This document shows, piece by piece, positions 42,801 through 55,784 of a DNA stretch of 64,000 nucleotides; within the stretch, counting starts at the first letter, position 1; every line of letters begins with the position of its first letter. The DNA comes from Chrysomallon squamiferum (lineage: Eukaryota > Animalia > Mollusca). The notes beneath the pieces were generated by a model. The model was given only the letters and a program-made list of their open reading frames with translations. It was not told the DNA's origin and made no database searches. Made by a program: the position numbers and the translations under genes. Location of the stretch: assembly GCA_012295275.1 (NCBI GenBank), contig CM022670.1, positions 248,001 to 312,000 of the forward strand, given 5' to 3'.

Positions 42801-45554
42801 TGTTTTCTGAGAGTGTGTCCCAGGGCTTGTTGGTGCTGTCAGTGAAATGGCCACTGCATCTGTCTGTCTGACTGACACATGTTTCTCTCTCACAGGTCTC
42901 TACAGTTCTGCAGTGCATGTTTTATACATCATTTCTATACTTGTCACTGGTAACATTAAACTCATTAGTACAGGAAATGTAGTTTTGCATTTAAAAATAA
43001 GTCATAAAGGTGTTATATGAAGTTGAAAAGGCTTCAAAATCTTTTATTGTAATATTTAAAATAAATATAGTACTGCCAAAGATGTTGACTTGTTATTTTT
43101 TCAAAAATCCAAGCCACATGCATAATGTTTAAAACAGCCATGTTTAAAATCCAGATAATAAAAACAGTTTAAATCTTTCTCTGTTTTATTGTACCAGACA
43201 TACAATACAATTGGCCCATACTCTCAGCTGTTTGTTAATAGTTAACCTTGGACATTGAGAAATTTGGGATGGAATATTATTATATAGGAATATATTCCCA
43301 ATACTTGTTAAAAAGTGTTTTATATATATATATATATATATTTTTTTTTTATAAAGAATGAAAAAAAAAAAAATTCAGTTTACTTAATCTCTCAAAGTAA
43401 TGGTAGAAAATTAATTCATTTTAACAATTCCAAAAGGTGTGGTGAACCATTGCTGTTTATGCTGTTTGGAATTGGGTATTATTACTCAAATGAACAGCAT
43501 CCTAATCAATTAATTATTTTTATCAGTGATAATTGGGTTTTGTGTTACTGTTTGGAATGGTATATTATTTTTCAAATGCTTTTTTTGAAATACCACAAAA
43601 TGGATGTATTGAAGCATTTGATATTTGATTTGCTATTGTATGAAAAGAAAGTTAATTCATTTTATTGTTGGTTCTTTACAATGTTTGAAATTGAATATTA
43701 GAATATACTGTTAAAGGAAAATCAACAGTGGTAAGGTATTTATTTTGGTTACTAAATATTATTCTTGTTTTTCTTTCACAGTGATCACTCTATATTTGTA
43801 AAACACATGTACTGTTCTCTGTTCTGAATATTTCATCCACTTTCTCTCAATAATTGATGCTGTTGTCATATGCATCATTGCAATTTTTCAGTTACTTCCA
43901 TTACTTTCTGAAAAACTCTTTTACACAAACAGTGCATTTCATAAATAACTGTTAACAACAGCACTGACAAATTACAGCTTGCACTGTTTAAAACCCTGAA
44001 ATTTTCAACAATTTTTGTTTTTTGTGAATTAAAATATAATGATCTTTCTTAAATATTTCCTAAGTAGCTGTTGTTATAAGAAGAATGTTCAGGAGTCAGT
44101 GATTCAAATATATTTATTGAAATACATTTAGAAGAATAGGTTTGATTAAAAGATTTGTTATACTAATAATAACAATACTAATAATAAGTTACAATTCATT
44201 TAATAAATGTTGAATACAACAATTCTCTGAATTAATTTTAATTACATTTGTTTTAGAGTGACTGAAGAAATCTGAATACAAGAATAATTCACACTAAGAA
44301 TAATATTTTTATAGTTCAACCCAGTAAATCTTAAACACAGAAACAGTTTTCAGTTCATTGAGCTAATCTAAATATGACTATTTACACAAAATAAATAATA
44401 AAAGAACTCTCTTTAAAATAATCACACACTTCACTGTTTGTTATTGAGTCACTGAAAAAGAAAACTCTGTGACTGCATTGTCTTGCAGTTCGTTCCTCAA
44501 AGCAGCAGATTGCTCGAAATATAATTAACAAGAAGATCTATGTGTTTGTTAAACAAATCATTCGCAAATGGCAATGGATGAAGTTGTATGAGTTTAGTCA
44601 GCATTGATTAGTTTGGTGGAATGGATGCCAATACGTTTTAGCCCTGTTGGGAGATAGCAGCACTTTGAGATGCCCTTGTCTGGAGAATTTGCTGCATGTT
44701 GCTTTCAATTTGTGGTCATTCATTTGTTCCACTGGTGAATCGATTCGGGTTTGTATTGTTAAAAGTGACTGACAACGACTTGATTGAGAAAAATTGATTG
44801 TTATGACTTAAGCTGAGCAATTTGATTTTATGTAAAGGAATGAAACTTGTTTCAACTCCAAGCAAGCATTTGTGGATTTAAAAAAAAGAAGAAGAAAATT
44901 GGGAGACTTTCTTTACTGTAATGAAACACTTGAAGCATAATGAAATAAGACAAATGTAATTATTGGATAATGGTTTGTTTTTTTGTTTTTTATTTTGTTT
45001 TTGTTCATTTTTTTTTTTCAGTGTAAAACATTTTCTTTTGGTAAATTAATATTTGGAAAGTTAAATCCTAGAAATGAATGAATGAATAAATAAATAAATT
45101 GAATGAAAAGAACAAGAATTAGAAAAAACACACCAAAAAATAATAAAATGAAAATAGCATCTATGATAACTGTACTGAAGTCAAATATTTAAAACAATTT
45201 AAAAAATGTGTGAAGTCTGCCTAATTAACTGTTGATATTTAATCTGCAGACTGTTTTAAAAAACAACAGATTGGATCAGTGATAATCCTAATCATGTTAA
45301 CTCTGATGTTGTCTGTATGTTTTACCAGTTCAAACATGGTAGTAATCAAGCAGGTTGTAACTGTGCACCTGTAACATGATAACAAGCTTCTAGAACCAGT
45401 CTGTGGAAAATCCCTTCTTATTAAAATACTCATAATTTTTTAAAAGGTAGCAATCTAATGAGAAATACTGTAAATGAAGTCAAATATTTTTTAAAGTTAT
45501 TAATATATTAGTGACCAAAATTTTTTAATTGTTTATTTATTTATTTATATCAAT

Positions 45555-45865
45555 ACACAATATCAGCATTCTGACATGTTAAAAAAAAAATAACAGCATT
45601 TCTGAATTTGTATTTGCACTATTTCAGCATTCCAAATATGTAAAACCCAATTTCTATAACAGCATTTGTCATTTCTTTAATACAGAATATCAGCAATTCA
45701 TAATTATTAAATGCACAATATCAGCATGTCTGAATTCTTGAATGTGTAATAATCAATTAGCATTTCTGAATTCTTAAATATGCAATATCAGTCAGCATTT
45801 CTATATATATGCAATATCAGCACTGCTTATTTCTTAAACACACAGCATCCACAACAGCATGTCTT
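45555..45865. repeat. Degenerate ~30 bp minisatellite (AATATCAGCATTTCTGAATT core), ~10 copies
   Basis: CAGCAT/CAGCA recurs every ~30 bp from ~45564 to ~45856, preceded by AATAT and followed by T(T)CTGAATT in several copies. Confidence 0.8.
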
Positions 45866-47576
45866 AACAACTCCATTTCTGTATGTTTTTTCTCTCTCCT
45901 TTTCTATTTATCTGCCTCTGGCTCACTGAGAGTTAATTGAAAAGAATGGATTAAAAGAAGCCAGGTAGAGGTTATTTTAAAACTGAATCTCTCTCCTCTC
46001 TTGTGGTTTTCTCAATGTGTTGCTCTAGGCTGGCTGGCTGTGGAGTCCTGTGTAATGGCATGGAGAATTTAATGCTGGAATTAATTAGGAGTGTAAAATG
46101 CTTGTTGAACATGCGTTTCACTGAATGGCTGTATTTTTTTTTTTTTTTAATTTAAATTTTATAGAAATCTGAACTTGAATGTTAAATTTATAAAAAAAGA
46201 AGAAAAAAATAGTAGAAGGAAAAAGAAGAGGAAATAAAGGGAAAAAAGAAAGAAATTACTGATAACACTAACAACCCAGCCACCATTATCACCACTGCCA
46301 ATACAACAACAGCAGCAGCAGTAATAGAGCTACTGGTGCTGTTTCTAGTACTGCTGGTACTTCTATTCTTACAATTACTAATTTTGTGATATAGTAATAA
46401 AGATACAAAAAATAAAATTAACTCCACTATCAATTCATTTTAAAAGTATCTTATAAAAAGGCTTTTAAATAGGCCAATACAATTAATTATTCTGTCCATT
46501 ACTTCCACCCTCGTATAAGTCTCCCTATTATCATTCAGGACCATGATAATCTCCAGATTTAACTCCATCAGTTAACTTTCCACAATTTATTATTAATACC
46601 TGATACACAATCAGTTGTCTGTATAGTGTATGACATTGTGTTTGTACCATGTTCAAAACTCTGTTTTCTCCAAGGACCGAAGTGTAAAATTATATTATTT
46701 CTGACATCATTCGTATGACACCTGTACATCCCCACAGACAGACAGGGTTAAAACAATTCACACCTGTATGGAAAGACTGTAATGGAAAAACTTGTATGTA
46801 ATTACAATATTTTGGAAAAGCAGAATAACTGATGCATTTTCATTTGCATTTCCAATTTACAGCTATATCTCAAAGGTACATTCACGGTTAAATGAAATCT
46901 ATTTTGTTTATTTTTAGAACATTGTCATTAAAGTAATTAAATATGGGTGTGTATATTTTTGATTATGTATTAGGATGTGCTGTAGTATTAGTATACATGT
47001 ATATGTCTGTGACAGTGTATGAATATAAGCATATGTTCAATATATATAATTATATATATGAATTTATGACTATACTTTGTGTGTGTTATTATGTGTGTAT
47101 GGATGTAAGAATGGCTATTTAAGGTATACATGAATTATATATGATGAATAATAAACAGTTAAAACATAAACCTATATCTAATTAACAAGGTTCAGAAAAA
47201 AAAAAAAAAAAAAAAAAAAAATATCCATAACACCACAACATGTGACAAGTATCAAACACATCCTCAGAATCATGTAATATACATTTCGTATATCCAACAG
47301 GCTAAGGTACATGTTTTTTTAATTAACTTTATACACACACACACACACACAATACCTGATGGAAAATACTGACAGAAATAGACCAAAAGTATTCACAGGC
47401 AGCTTTCCTTAAAGATAATATTGCATAACATGTTTACATCCAGCAGCATATTGAAACAATCAGAAAGAAAAAGATCCCTGAGGCTGCACTGCTTGGAAAT
47501 CCTGAACTGATACTGGGAGTGAGGACTTAGGTGAAAATGTCTGTGGGGGTTTCAGGAAAGTTAATCAACAGAATCA

Positions 47577-47600
47577 TCTCCAGGTGGCGCTCTCTAGTGA
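47577..47600. promoter_or_regulatory. Two overlapping, opposite-strand CTCF-like motifs
   Basis: + strand TCTCCAGGTGGCGC (47577-47590) and - strand TCACTAGAGAGCGC (47587-47600) each differ at 2 of 14 positions from the CTCF core CCACYAGRKGGCGC. Confidence 0.5.
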
Positions 47601-49149
47601 TGAGAAACAAATAAAAGGATTGGTTATGTTAAATAAAAAGTCTGGTGTTAAATTGTTCAAAGCCTGGAAGAGATAAAAGAGTTTAGGATGAGAAATATTA
47701 ATCATGTTGAAGTTAAAAATCTGGTATCAATATTAACAATGTTGTATTAATTAAAGAAACTTTAATAACATTTTGTAGTAAAATAGTATTTAAATATAAC
47801 AGTTGATTAGAAATGTAATATAAATTAAGTAAAATTTATCCAAACCCTTATATTTCTATAATAGTAACTTAATTATTAATAATAATAATGTTAATATTGA
47901 TAATCATGAAAGAAATAATAATAATGAAGATAATGATGATTTTATATATATATATAGTTTTGTAACTTAAGAAGTTAGTGACATACATATATATTCTCAA
48001 ATTTCTTAATCATCTCTGTTGTGGAAAGAAAAACTTGACTGGTTAACCTAGAACCTAAAATAAGAAGGTTAATCAGTTTATAGATAAATTTACTAGAGAC
48101 AATGGCTTTGCTAATTCTGTTATAGAAATGGTTACAGTTTAATGTATAACCTGATGTTCTCTGCACAGAATTTACTATTTTCACTGTACCAACTCAGAAC
48201 ATTAAGCTTTTCATCCTGTGAATATATTTTGTTTCTTCACATTTTAAGACATTTTAATACAAACAGTTATACTCCTATTTTGTTGTTTTTTAAATTTAAA
48301 TATACCTCACCTACTCTTACTGTTTAGCACCCTCTGATTTGCACCCTCCCTTTGATAGTGCAGTTATAAGGCTGTGGGTGGAATAGGAAATAAGGCAATA
48401 TAAAGGAAGAGCTATTCTATAATCTATCACATCTCAAATGATCACTCTAACCAATACACTACAGCTCTCTCTTGGAATTTTGTCAGTGATCTATTATTTT
48501 TCTGATTTTATTACTAAATTTTGATCTCAAAAATGTACACCATTATGATTGGTATCAATTTGGCTTATTATTATTATTTTATATTTATTTTTATTTATTT
48601 ATTTATCATAATCATCATATTCTTTTTCATTATCATAATCATCAAAATCTTCTTCTTTATTATTGCATCATTATTTTGCTGCTGATTCTATTATTCGAAT
48701 GGCACCACTTTTGGAATGTTTGGGTGATTTTTTTGTTTTCCTTATTGTTCCTGTTCCATCATAAAATGGTTACCAGTTTTAAACTCTGTAAGTGAATTTA
48801 CCCATTCTCAATTGCTCATTTATCTCTGGATTATTTAAAGCAAGTGAAGGTGACCAGTGTGTCTGGCCTGGCCTCATGGGAAATACTAGCAAACAACAGG
48901 TGAAGAGACCCATACTTTATCAATGGATTAACTCCTTTATGTAACTGACAGCCAGCCACATGGGACCATGTCCACTACCAGTTCTTCTTAGCACTTATAC
49001 TTAAAAATGAATGGTTGGAGGTGGGTGTATTAGACCAAACTCGACTCTGTCTGTGTACTATGGTTTTAGGAATATTCACATCTAGTTTGATTAGTCTGTA
49101 GTTAAAGAACAGAACTGAAGCATGACTTATTATACAGTAATTATATTAT

Positions 49150-49320
49150 ACTGCTGACACCCAGAAGGTTGCAGGATCAGTCTTCCTCAGTGTCCTTTTT
49201 GACCTGTTTCCCATCCAATCCAGTATTCTGTGCCAGGTTTATTAAAAATTATGATATGTTTTTTTTACTCTGACTGACAAGGTGTGTCCAATAAGGTGCT
49301 ACTTATTAAAAATAAGATAT
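49150..49320 (+). mobile_element. Decayed SINE body fragment
   Basis: AAGGTTGCAGGATCAGTC (49165-49182) matches the B-box-like segment repeated at 15159-15360. The following TTTCCCATCCAATCCAGT...GGTTTATTAAA...TGATATGT resembles, from memory, a gastropod SINE core. Confidence 0.35.
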
Positions 49321-49916
49321 AAAGCTATACTCTGCCCATTTGTTTTTCCTCAAAAACATGATTTCATTATTAACTGCTGAAATAATTTGAAATTTAACCC
49401 ACACTGTTTTTACCTGTACTTTATACATTGCGCAAAATGTGTAATAGAAATGCATACAATTTTTAAAATATTTTTTTCTCACATTATGTCAAATATTTTC
49501 TTTGTTTTCCTTGAAAAAAAAGTTCTCTTTTATGTGTCTGTGGAAATAAATTTGAAATAAGCAGACAGGTTATTTCTCTCTACTTCATGTATTTATTGTT
49601 TATCTTATTTTTCTTTCAGCAAAAGGGGTTTCCCTTATTTAATAGTTTTGTAGATTGATTTGAAATTTATGTTTTAAAGACCTTTAATTTATTGTCTTCC
49701 TTGTGAATGAATATCACAGCTGAATTCATCTATATGCATTTCAAATTCCAACCACTACTCCATGTCTAAAATAGGAAATTCATATCAATACAAATGTAAC
49801 TCATACATTAATTCCACGTTAACATTTTGTTTAATATTATGGATAATTCAGGAACACTTTGTGAACTTTATCATGTACACATAACTTAAACAAATTGTGT
49901 TTATATTTTCAGTACT

Positions 49917-49925
49917 ATGGAGTGA
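49917..49925 (+). promoter_or_regulatory. Minimal uORF (ATG GAG TGA) in the 5'UTR part of the first coding exon
   Basis: The exon acceptor ttgtgtttatattttcAG is at 49911-49912. The uATG has A at -3 and G at +4, and its stop lies 16 nt upstream of the main ATG at 49942. Confidence 0.55.
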
Positions 49926-49941
49926 GTGAACAACACTCAGG

Positions 49942-50128
49942 ATGGATGGAGCCTTCAACTACAGTGGGAGGCAGAAGACCCACCCCCGGGCTCAGCGAAG
50001 GGCGAGGATGAAGAACCGAGGAAGCCAGACGTGTAGTTCATCTGACGAAGAGTTCCACTCAGATGACAACCTTCGACCTTACGAGGAAGTGAAAATTGCC
50101 CACCACGACAAAAAGCTGTCTGGTCTTG
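49942..50128 (+). CDS. Ten-m: Teneurin (Ten-m/TENM-like), first coding exon: N-terminus of the intracellular domain (MDGAFNYSGRQKTHPRAQRRARMKNRGSQTCSSSDEEFHSDDNLRPYEEVKIAHHDKKLSGL)
   Basis: Sharp rise in GC and CpG with protein-like codon use. Acceptor AG at 49911-49912, strong-context ATG (aggATGG), donor G|GTTAGT (GT 50129-50130), 187 coding nt = phase 1. The basic stretch, SSSDEE and DNLRPYEE..HHD parallel the vertebrate TENM RREKERRYTxSS..EE / SSETLKAYDHD motifs (recalled, not searched). Confidence 0.75.
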
Positions 50129-51119
50129 GTTAGTATTGGAAATTAATTTGTCTCTGTCGTTTTTCACATGTGGCTTAATGCTGTTTATTAGTCAGACTTA
50201 GAGTTCAGCTTTTTGTCGTCTGTTCCGATTTTTTTTTTTTAATGAATATGAAATTAAGACATCCATTATTGCTGCTGTGATGTATGTGCTGAGCTGTCAG
50301 TCAAGATGGAGATTTGTGAAATTTAATAAGTCTGTCTGGATGTAAGCTGGAACGGAATAAATTTCAGTTTATAAGACAGTGTGTTTGGGTGTTTACGTAT
50401 GTTGTTTACATGTGGAACCATTTTTTTCTAAAATTTTTAATTTTTAATTTTTTTTAAAGAAATGAATCCATAATTTCTAAACTAAAATAACTTCTTTAAA
50501 AAACAAATAATAATAATAATAATAAATAGATAATAAAAAGAAAATATTTATATAATATTAGAAAACAAAGAACTAAAAAATAAAATAAATCAAAATGTAG
50601 CTTTTTTCTTAAAATTAATGACAAAACAAAAATAAAAATTAAGTGTTAATTTAAAAATAAAAAACTCTTTAAAAATACTTTAATTGAAAAGAAAAACAAG
50701 AAGAAACACACATAAAAAAAAACCACCCAACTGTATACAAAGAAACATCTTAATTACAATGTCAGTAAAAATTATGGTGAATATTGTACTTAACATTTAA
50801 GTATAACAATTAAAAAAAGGAAAGAAAGAAACAAAAGTGAAAAAGAAAAAATCATACATGAACAACCATTGTAACAGAAACATTTATTTTATTGTTCATG
50901 TAATTAAAGCTGTTTAAAAAGTAAAACTTGCTGATTATTTTGAGTGAAAGAATAAATTAATTAATATATCATACATGAAAATAAACAAACAAAATGATGT
51001 CCTTTTATACCATTCATCTTCAACCCATCATTAACGAACTTTAATCCTCACAACAAAGGGACATCACTCCAGTGACCCAAATTCTGGAAAATTAGAGCAA
51101 CAAGAAATAAAAATTCACT

Positions 51120-51480
51120 TGTTTTGGCTTGCCACAGTGGGAAAGATCCGGTTGAAAATGTCACGGTTGATGGAGTGGCCAGTTTGTGGTTGTCACCGAA
51201 TCCTTGCTGTTGAGAAATCACCTCGGTTATTTCGGATTTCCTTTTAATAGCAGTACTTGGGGCTTTTTCATCATCATTGCCATCCCATCATCCATCATGT
51301 TTCTTACGATTCTTCTAAGTATTCTGCTAATACCACAGTTGCGAGCTGCATGGTCTGTGGTTTCACTTTTGCCTACAATAGGTTCTTGTTAATCCCATTT
51401 GTCAGAGAACAATGATTAAGCGAGTCGGTAGAATTTCTCTTGTGGCCAGAGACGATCTGGCTTGTCACAGTCCTGCTGGA
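51120..51480. promoter_or_regulatory. CpG-enriched intronic block, candidate conserved non-coding element
   Basis: About 10 CpGs in ~330 bp, ~1 kb downstream of the first coding exon. No phase-compatible open exon. Confidence 0.35.
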
Positions 51481-52210
51481 GGAGAAAGATGTAGAGAGAG
51501 AGACAGAAATAATTACTTTGAAATTAAATGTAATTTGTAGCTTGAATACCGTTTTCTGACACTGATGTTTAAATTAGAATGTAGAAAAGATGCTTGTTAA
51601 TTTATATTTGATTAACGTAGGGATATTTTAGGATGCTTACATTTTGAGTAGTATCTTCAGTACCACAGTGAAAGTGTGTCTGTTTAGATCATGGTACTAT
51701 GTGTGATATCTTGACACAATGTGACATTCAGATGTTTTGTGACATTTAGACCTACTTGTGACACCTTAGTTTCCTGTCATATTTTAGTGTTCATGGTATT
51801 AAGGTATATTGTACCATTCACTGAACCAGTCACATTGTGAAGCTCATACCAAGATACCTCTGTTCTGTGACTTTTGTTTGTTGTAACAGTTGGTAAATAA
51901 TTAGACTAACTGACTTATATTCTCTGGCAAAACAGCTGTTAAGTTTGTACTGACCATCTAGATGAGTTCTGACATTGGTGTATTTTGATACATGTTTCTT
52001 AGTAAAATATCACACAGACATCTTAGAGAAACAATCAGTTTAGAAATTAGACTAGATGAGAAAACTGGCACACTTGTGTTAATTGGATCACACTTTGCAC
52101 AAAGCCCACACTCATCCATCTCCCAGTCCCTGAAATCTCCGTGGAAAACTTCTCTTGGAGCACGGAAATGAGATCTTTAACACTTTGATCCTCAGAGAGA
52201 CAAACAGGGC

Positions 52211-52310
52211 AGCCGTGCAATCTGCTCACCTATTGTAAAATAACCTCACTGTTGTATCCCAGCCGTGCAATCTGCTCACCTATTGTAAAATAACCTCACT
52301 GTTGTATCCC
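52211..52310. repeat. Perfect 50-bp tandem duplication
   Basis: AGCCGTGCAATCTGCTCACCTATTGTAAAATAACCTCACTGTTGTATCCC at 52211-52260 and 52261-52310, with CAGCC microhomology at 52210, 52260 and 52310. Confidence 0.97.
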
Positions 52311-52399
52311 AGCCACCACTGTCATGGTACATGTACTAGTTAACACAACACATTTTTATTTGAAATCATGGTACATGGGTTAATTCACATTACCAAAAT

Positions 52400-52462
52400 G
52401 ATTATTATTATTATTATTGTTATTATCATTATATTTATGATTATTATCATTATCACCACCAC

Positions 52463-52509
<47 letters not shown>

Positions 52510-52629
52510 GTTAATGTTATTATTATTTTTCATATTTATATAATTTATTTATGTCCCTAATTTGCTTTTGAATAAATTTGGTATTAAAATTGATATTATC
52601 CATGTTCATGATTATTTCTGTTCCAGTTA

Positions 52630-52672
<43 letters not shown>
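52400..52672. repeat. Two (ATT)n microsatellite tracts
   Basis: Runs at ~52400-52525 and ~52628-52672. Confidence 0.9.
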
Positions 52673-53169
52673 TTTTAGGTCATTTATTACATTTTAGGTA
52701 TGCCTGTATGAGAATCAGTTCACGATAATTTATCTTTTAAGATCTGTCTGAAATTTATTTTAGATAGTTGAATTACATTACTGCTAGTTACTGATAATGG
52801 ATTGCATAAATTCATTTTTAACTTATGTCAGATATTGTTAAGTCAGTTACATTACACATAATTACTTGTATCAAGTTACTCAAATCTGTTTTAAATTTAC
52901 TCATTACGTTAGTCATACTGGTATCAGCACGTGGTAAGTCCGTTTTGAGACTCCACATTTATCTAAAATTTATTTACATTAGTGAAATTAGAATATATTA
53001 CAAAAATCTATTTTTGTATTTTCCCCAGTGTTATTTTAATGCTGCAATATAAAGAGTATAGCTTTACTTTCACAGTAAACTGAAATCTGGTAGAAGAAAT
53101 GGAAGGATTTTTTTCTAACTCTCAGATGTACTCTATGGATGATAAAATTATTTTGTTGTACTCATCAAT

Positions 53170-53555
53170 TGGTCTTTTTTCTTTTACGCATGTTTGTTGT
53201 CTTTCCCTCTTTTTGTTTTTGTTCAAAGTCCCTTTCTTCTTTCTTTTTAAACTTTTTTCTGCCATATTTTCTTTAACTTTCCTTTTCCTTTCTTTGTTTT
53301 TCTACTCATCTTTTTCTTTCCTTTATTCCTTTTTTTATATATATATTATCTTTCTTCCCTGTTCTTTATTTTCACCCTTTTTCATCGTTTTTCTTATATC
53401 TTCCATTTTCTTTTCTTCCTTTTATCTTCCTACCTTCTGTCTTTTTCTTTATTTTTTTTTATTTTTCTTACCATTTTTTATATTCCATCTTTCCTTTATT
53501 ATTTCTTTTTTCTACATTATTTCTTTCTTACTTTCTTTTTCTCTCCTTTCTTTTC
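53170..53555 (+). repeat. Long pyrimidine-rich (T/C) low-complexity tract
   Basis: About 385 bp with very few G; explains the Phe/Leu/Ser ORF 53099-53581. Confidence 0.9.
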
Positions 53556-54029
53556 AGCTTCAACATTCACTAATCAAATAAGACACCAAATATAGCAGTA
53601 CTAATTCACTCTCTTTCACACAAGTCCGTTTTTTCCTCTTTTTCTTCTTTTTTAATTTCCTCTCTCTGTTTACTGTTATCATAAGACTGGTGACTTTCTC
53701 AGTGAACAAACACCAAGTTAATAGAAAATCTTGATGTGGAATATGAAATGATTAAACAAGGAAATCACTTCTAAAGACTACATGATATTCCAATAAGATG
53801 TGTATACAGCAATCACATCTGTACAAGATCTGCAAAAAGCAAAGGATGACATCATGATTAACGGTCATTACAAATATGGTTAAAGCTTGTTTGTCATGGT
53901 CTGTTTGGATGATCAGTTTTAAAGAGATTTAAAGTAGTGGTAACAGAATTTGTAATAACTACAGTTGTAAAAGTACTGATTTAATTTTTTTTATTTAACA
54001 ATTAGACTAAAAACAAGACTACTGTATGG

Positions 54030-54745
54030 CAACTACTATTATTTCTCTGACTGCTGCAGTTACAACTATTAACACAAAAACTGCACAAATTATTATTGAC
54101 ATTATTACTTTCTCTACTAGTGCTGCTTCTATTAGTACTATTATACTGCTATTACTATAACTACAACTACTACTATTGTTATCATTACTGATTTTACTAT
54201 TACTACAATTACTACTTTTACTACAGTAATTACAATAGCAAATACTACTACTCCCACTAGCACTACTTTTACTGCTGTTCTTGTTGTTAAGCTACCATGA
54301 CTATTTCAAATATAGCCATTATCTTGATTACTGCATTTGCAATTACTACAACTACTATAATATATATTGTAGTTCTACTACTTTAATAAATATTGTAGTT
54401 CTACTACTATAAATATTTCTACTAGATATATTAGTACTAATATTATTTCTGTTGCCACTGTTCCTACTGCTATCTTTAATCTATACCCTGTTGCTACTAC
54501 TGCTGCAACTGCCATCCTACTACTGTTACAACTACTGCTGCTGCTATTGCTACTATTGTTACTTCTGTTGCTACTGAGCTACTACTACTGCTGCTGCTAT
54601 TGCTACTATTGTTACTTCTGTTGCTACCGAGCTACTGCTACTGCTGCTGCTATTACTGCTGCTATCACTTCTACTCTACTACTACAACTATTACTATTAC
54701 TACACTACTACTGCTGCTGCTGCTGTTGCTACTTCTGTTGCTAGT
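54030..54745. repeat. ~700 bp degenerate (CTA/CTG/TTA)n tract with internal duplications
   Basis: CTACTGCTGCTGCTATTGCTACTATTGTTACTTCTGTTGCTAC occurs twice (~54532, ~54585) and ATATTGTAGTTCTACTACT twice (~54364, ~54390). Confidence 0.9.
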
Positions 54746-55784
54746 GGAAGATATCTTCTTTAATAAGAATTAATCTAAAGATCAGACTGTGAAGATGCAT
54801 GATTCTTTCAACTTTCCTATCCAGGTGTTACTTGTTTAAAAGACAGGTGATAATTGTTACCTGGGCAGGTTCCTATATCCCAGACAAGATTTAAAACAGT
54901 TGTACTTTCATCTTCTGGCACTGGCTGATGAAAAAGGAAATATTTACTTTGTAGGCATGATACAAAGCATTGTTCCAGGTGGTTCTTTTTCAGTAGTATC
55001 ATTATTAGTATTTTCTTTTTGTTTTTAATATCTTCAGTATACTTTTTTGTGAACTTTCAGTAGAATTTTCTATTTGGACTTTTAGTACAATTTCTTATTT
55101 GGACTTACAGTAGAATTTTCAGGTTTGATCTTAATTTGAATTTTCTGTTTAGTTTAATTATTTATTTCAATATCTTTATTGCAGTTTTCTCTTTAATGCC
55201 TTTGTTTTGTTACCTTTAGTTTCCCCAGCCAGTTTTCATTGGATAAAGTTAAATAAATATTTTAAAATCTTTTTGTTGAAACTTCAAGATTGTTATCTAA
55301 CTTGATGAAATTTCATTTCTGTCCAGTTACAAACATTAACCCCAAAAAACAAAAAACAAGAGGAAGAAACTATCTCTTGACTCTGAGACTCTGTCATTTT
55401 CTAGTCACTTTGATGTGACTTTTGAATGAAAAATCCATAAAGTTTAATTTTATTGCTGCAGCCATTTGCATTACTGCAATCAGAACTGCAAACTATTGAT
55501 CTTCAACAGGTCTGGGTTTTCTCAAGTAGTTTCTAAACACTTTTAAAAAGAGCTCTTCATCTCCATCCTGTCAGTAGTTACCTTCCATCTTGGCACTTTT
55601 ATAAGCCTGCCTGACATGCTGGATTGTCACAGGGTTAGAAATAGATGGATTTTCTGCCAGTCTCAGTTTTCTGCGATAATCAGCTGTCCTGTTGCAGGTC
55701 TGGATTCTGTTTCACTGAGAAACATTGGGATTAATGTCTTTGAAAAGGTTACAGTAATTTTGTTTTCATAGCTGAAGGTTCCTT

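Noticed and set aside
51186-51392. Hydrophobic 68-aa ORF as the teneurin transmembrane exon
   Set aside because: GTG start, frame incompatible with the phase-1 donor via nearby acceptors, and it lies before the second ICD exon.
53099-53581. 160-aa Phe/Leu-rich membrane-protein-like ORF
   Set aside because: Translation of a polypyrimidine tract that lacks stops for compositional reasons.
54030-54745. Mucin-like Thr/Ala or Cys/Tyr-rich coding repeat
   Set aside because: Frame shifts repeatedly and there are no splice signals; a simple trinucleotide tract.
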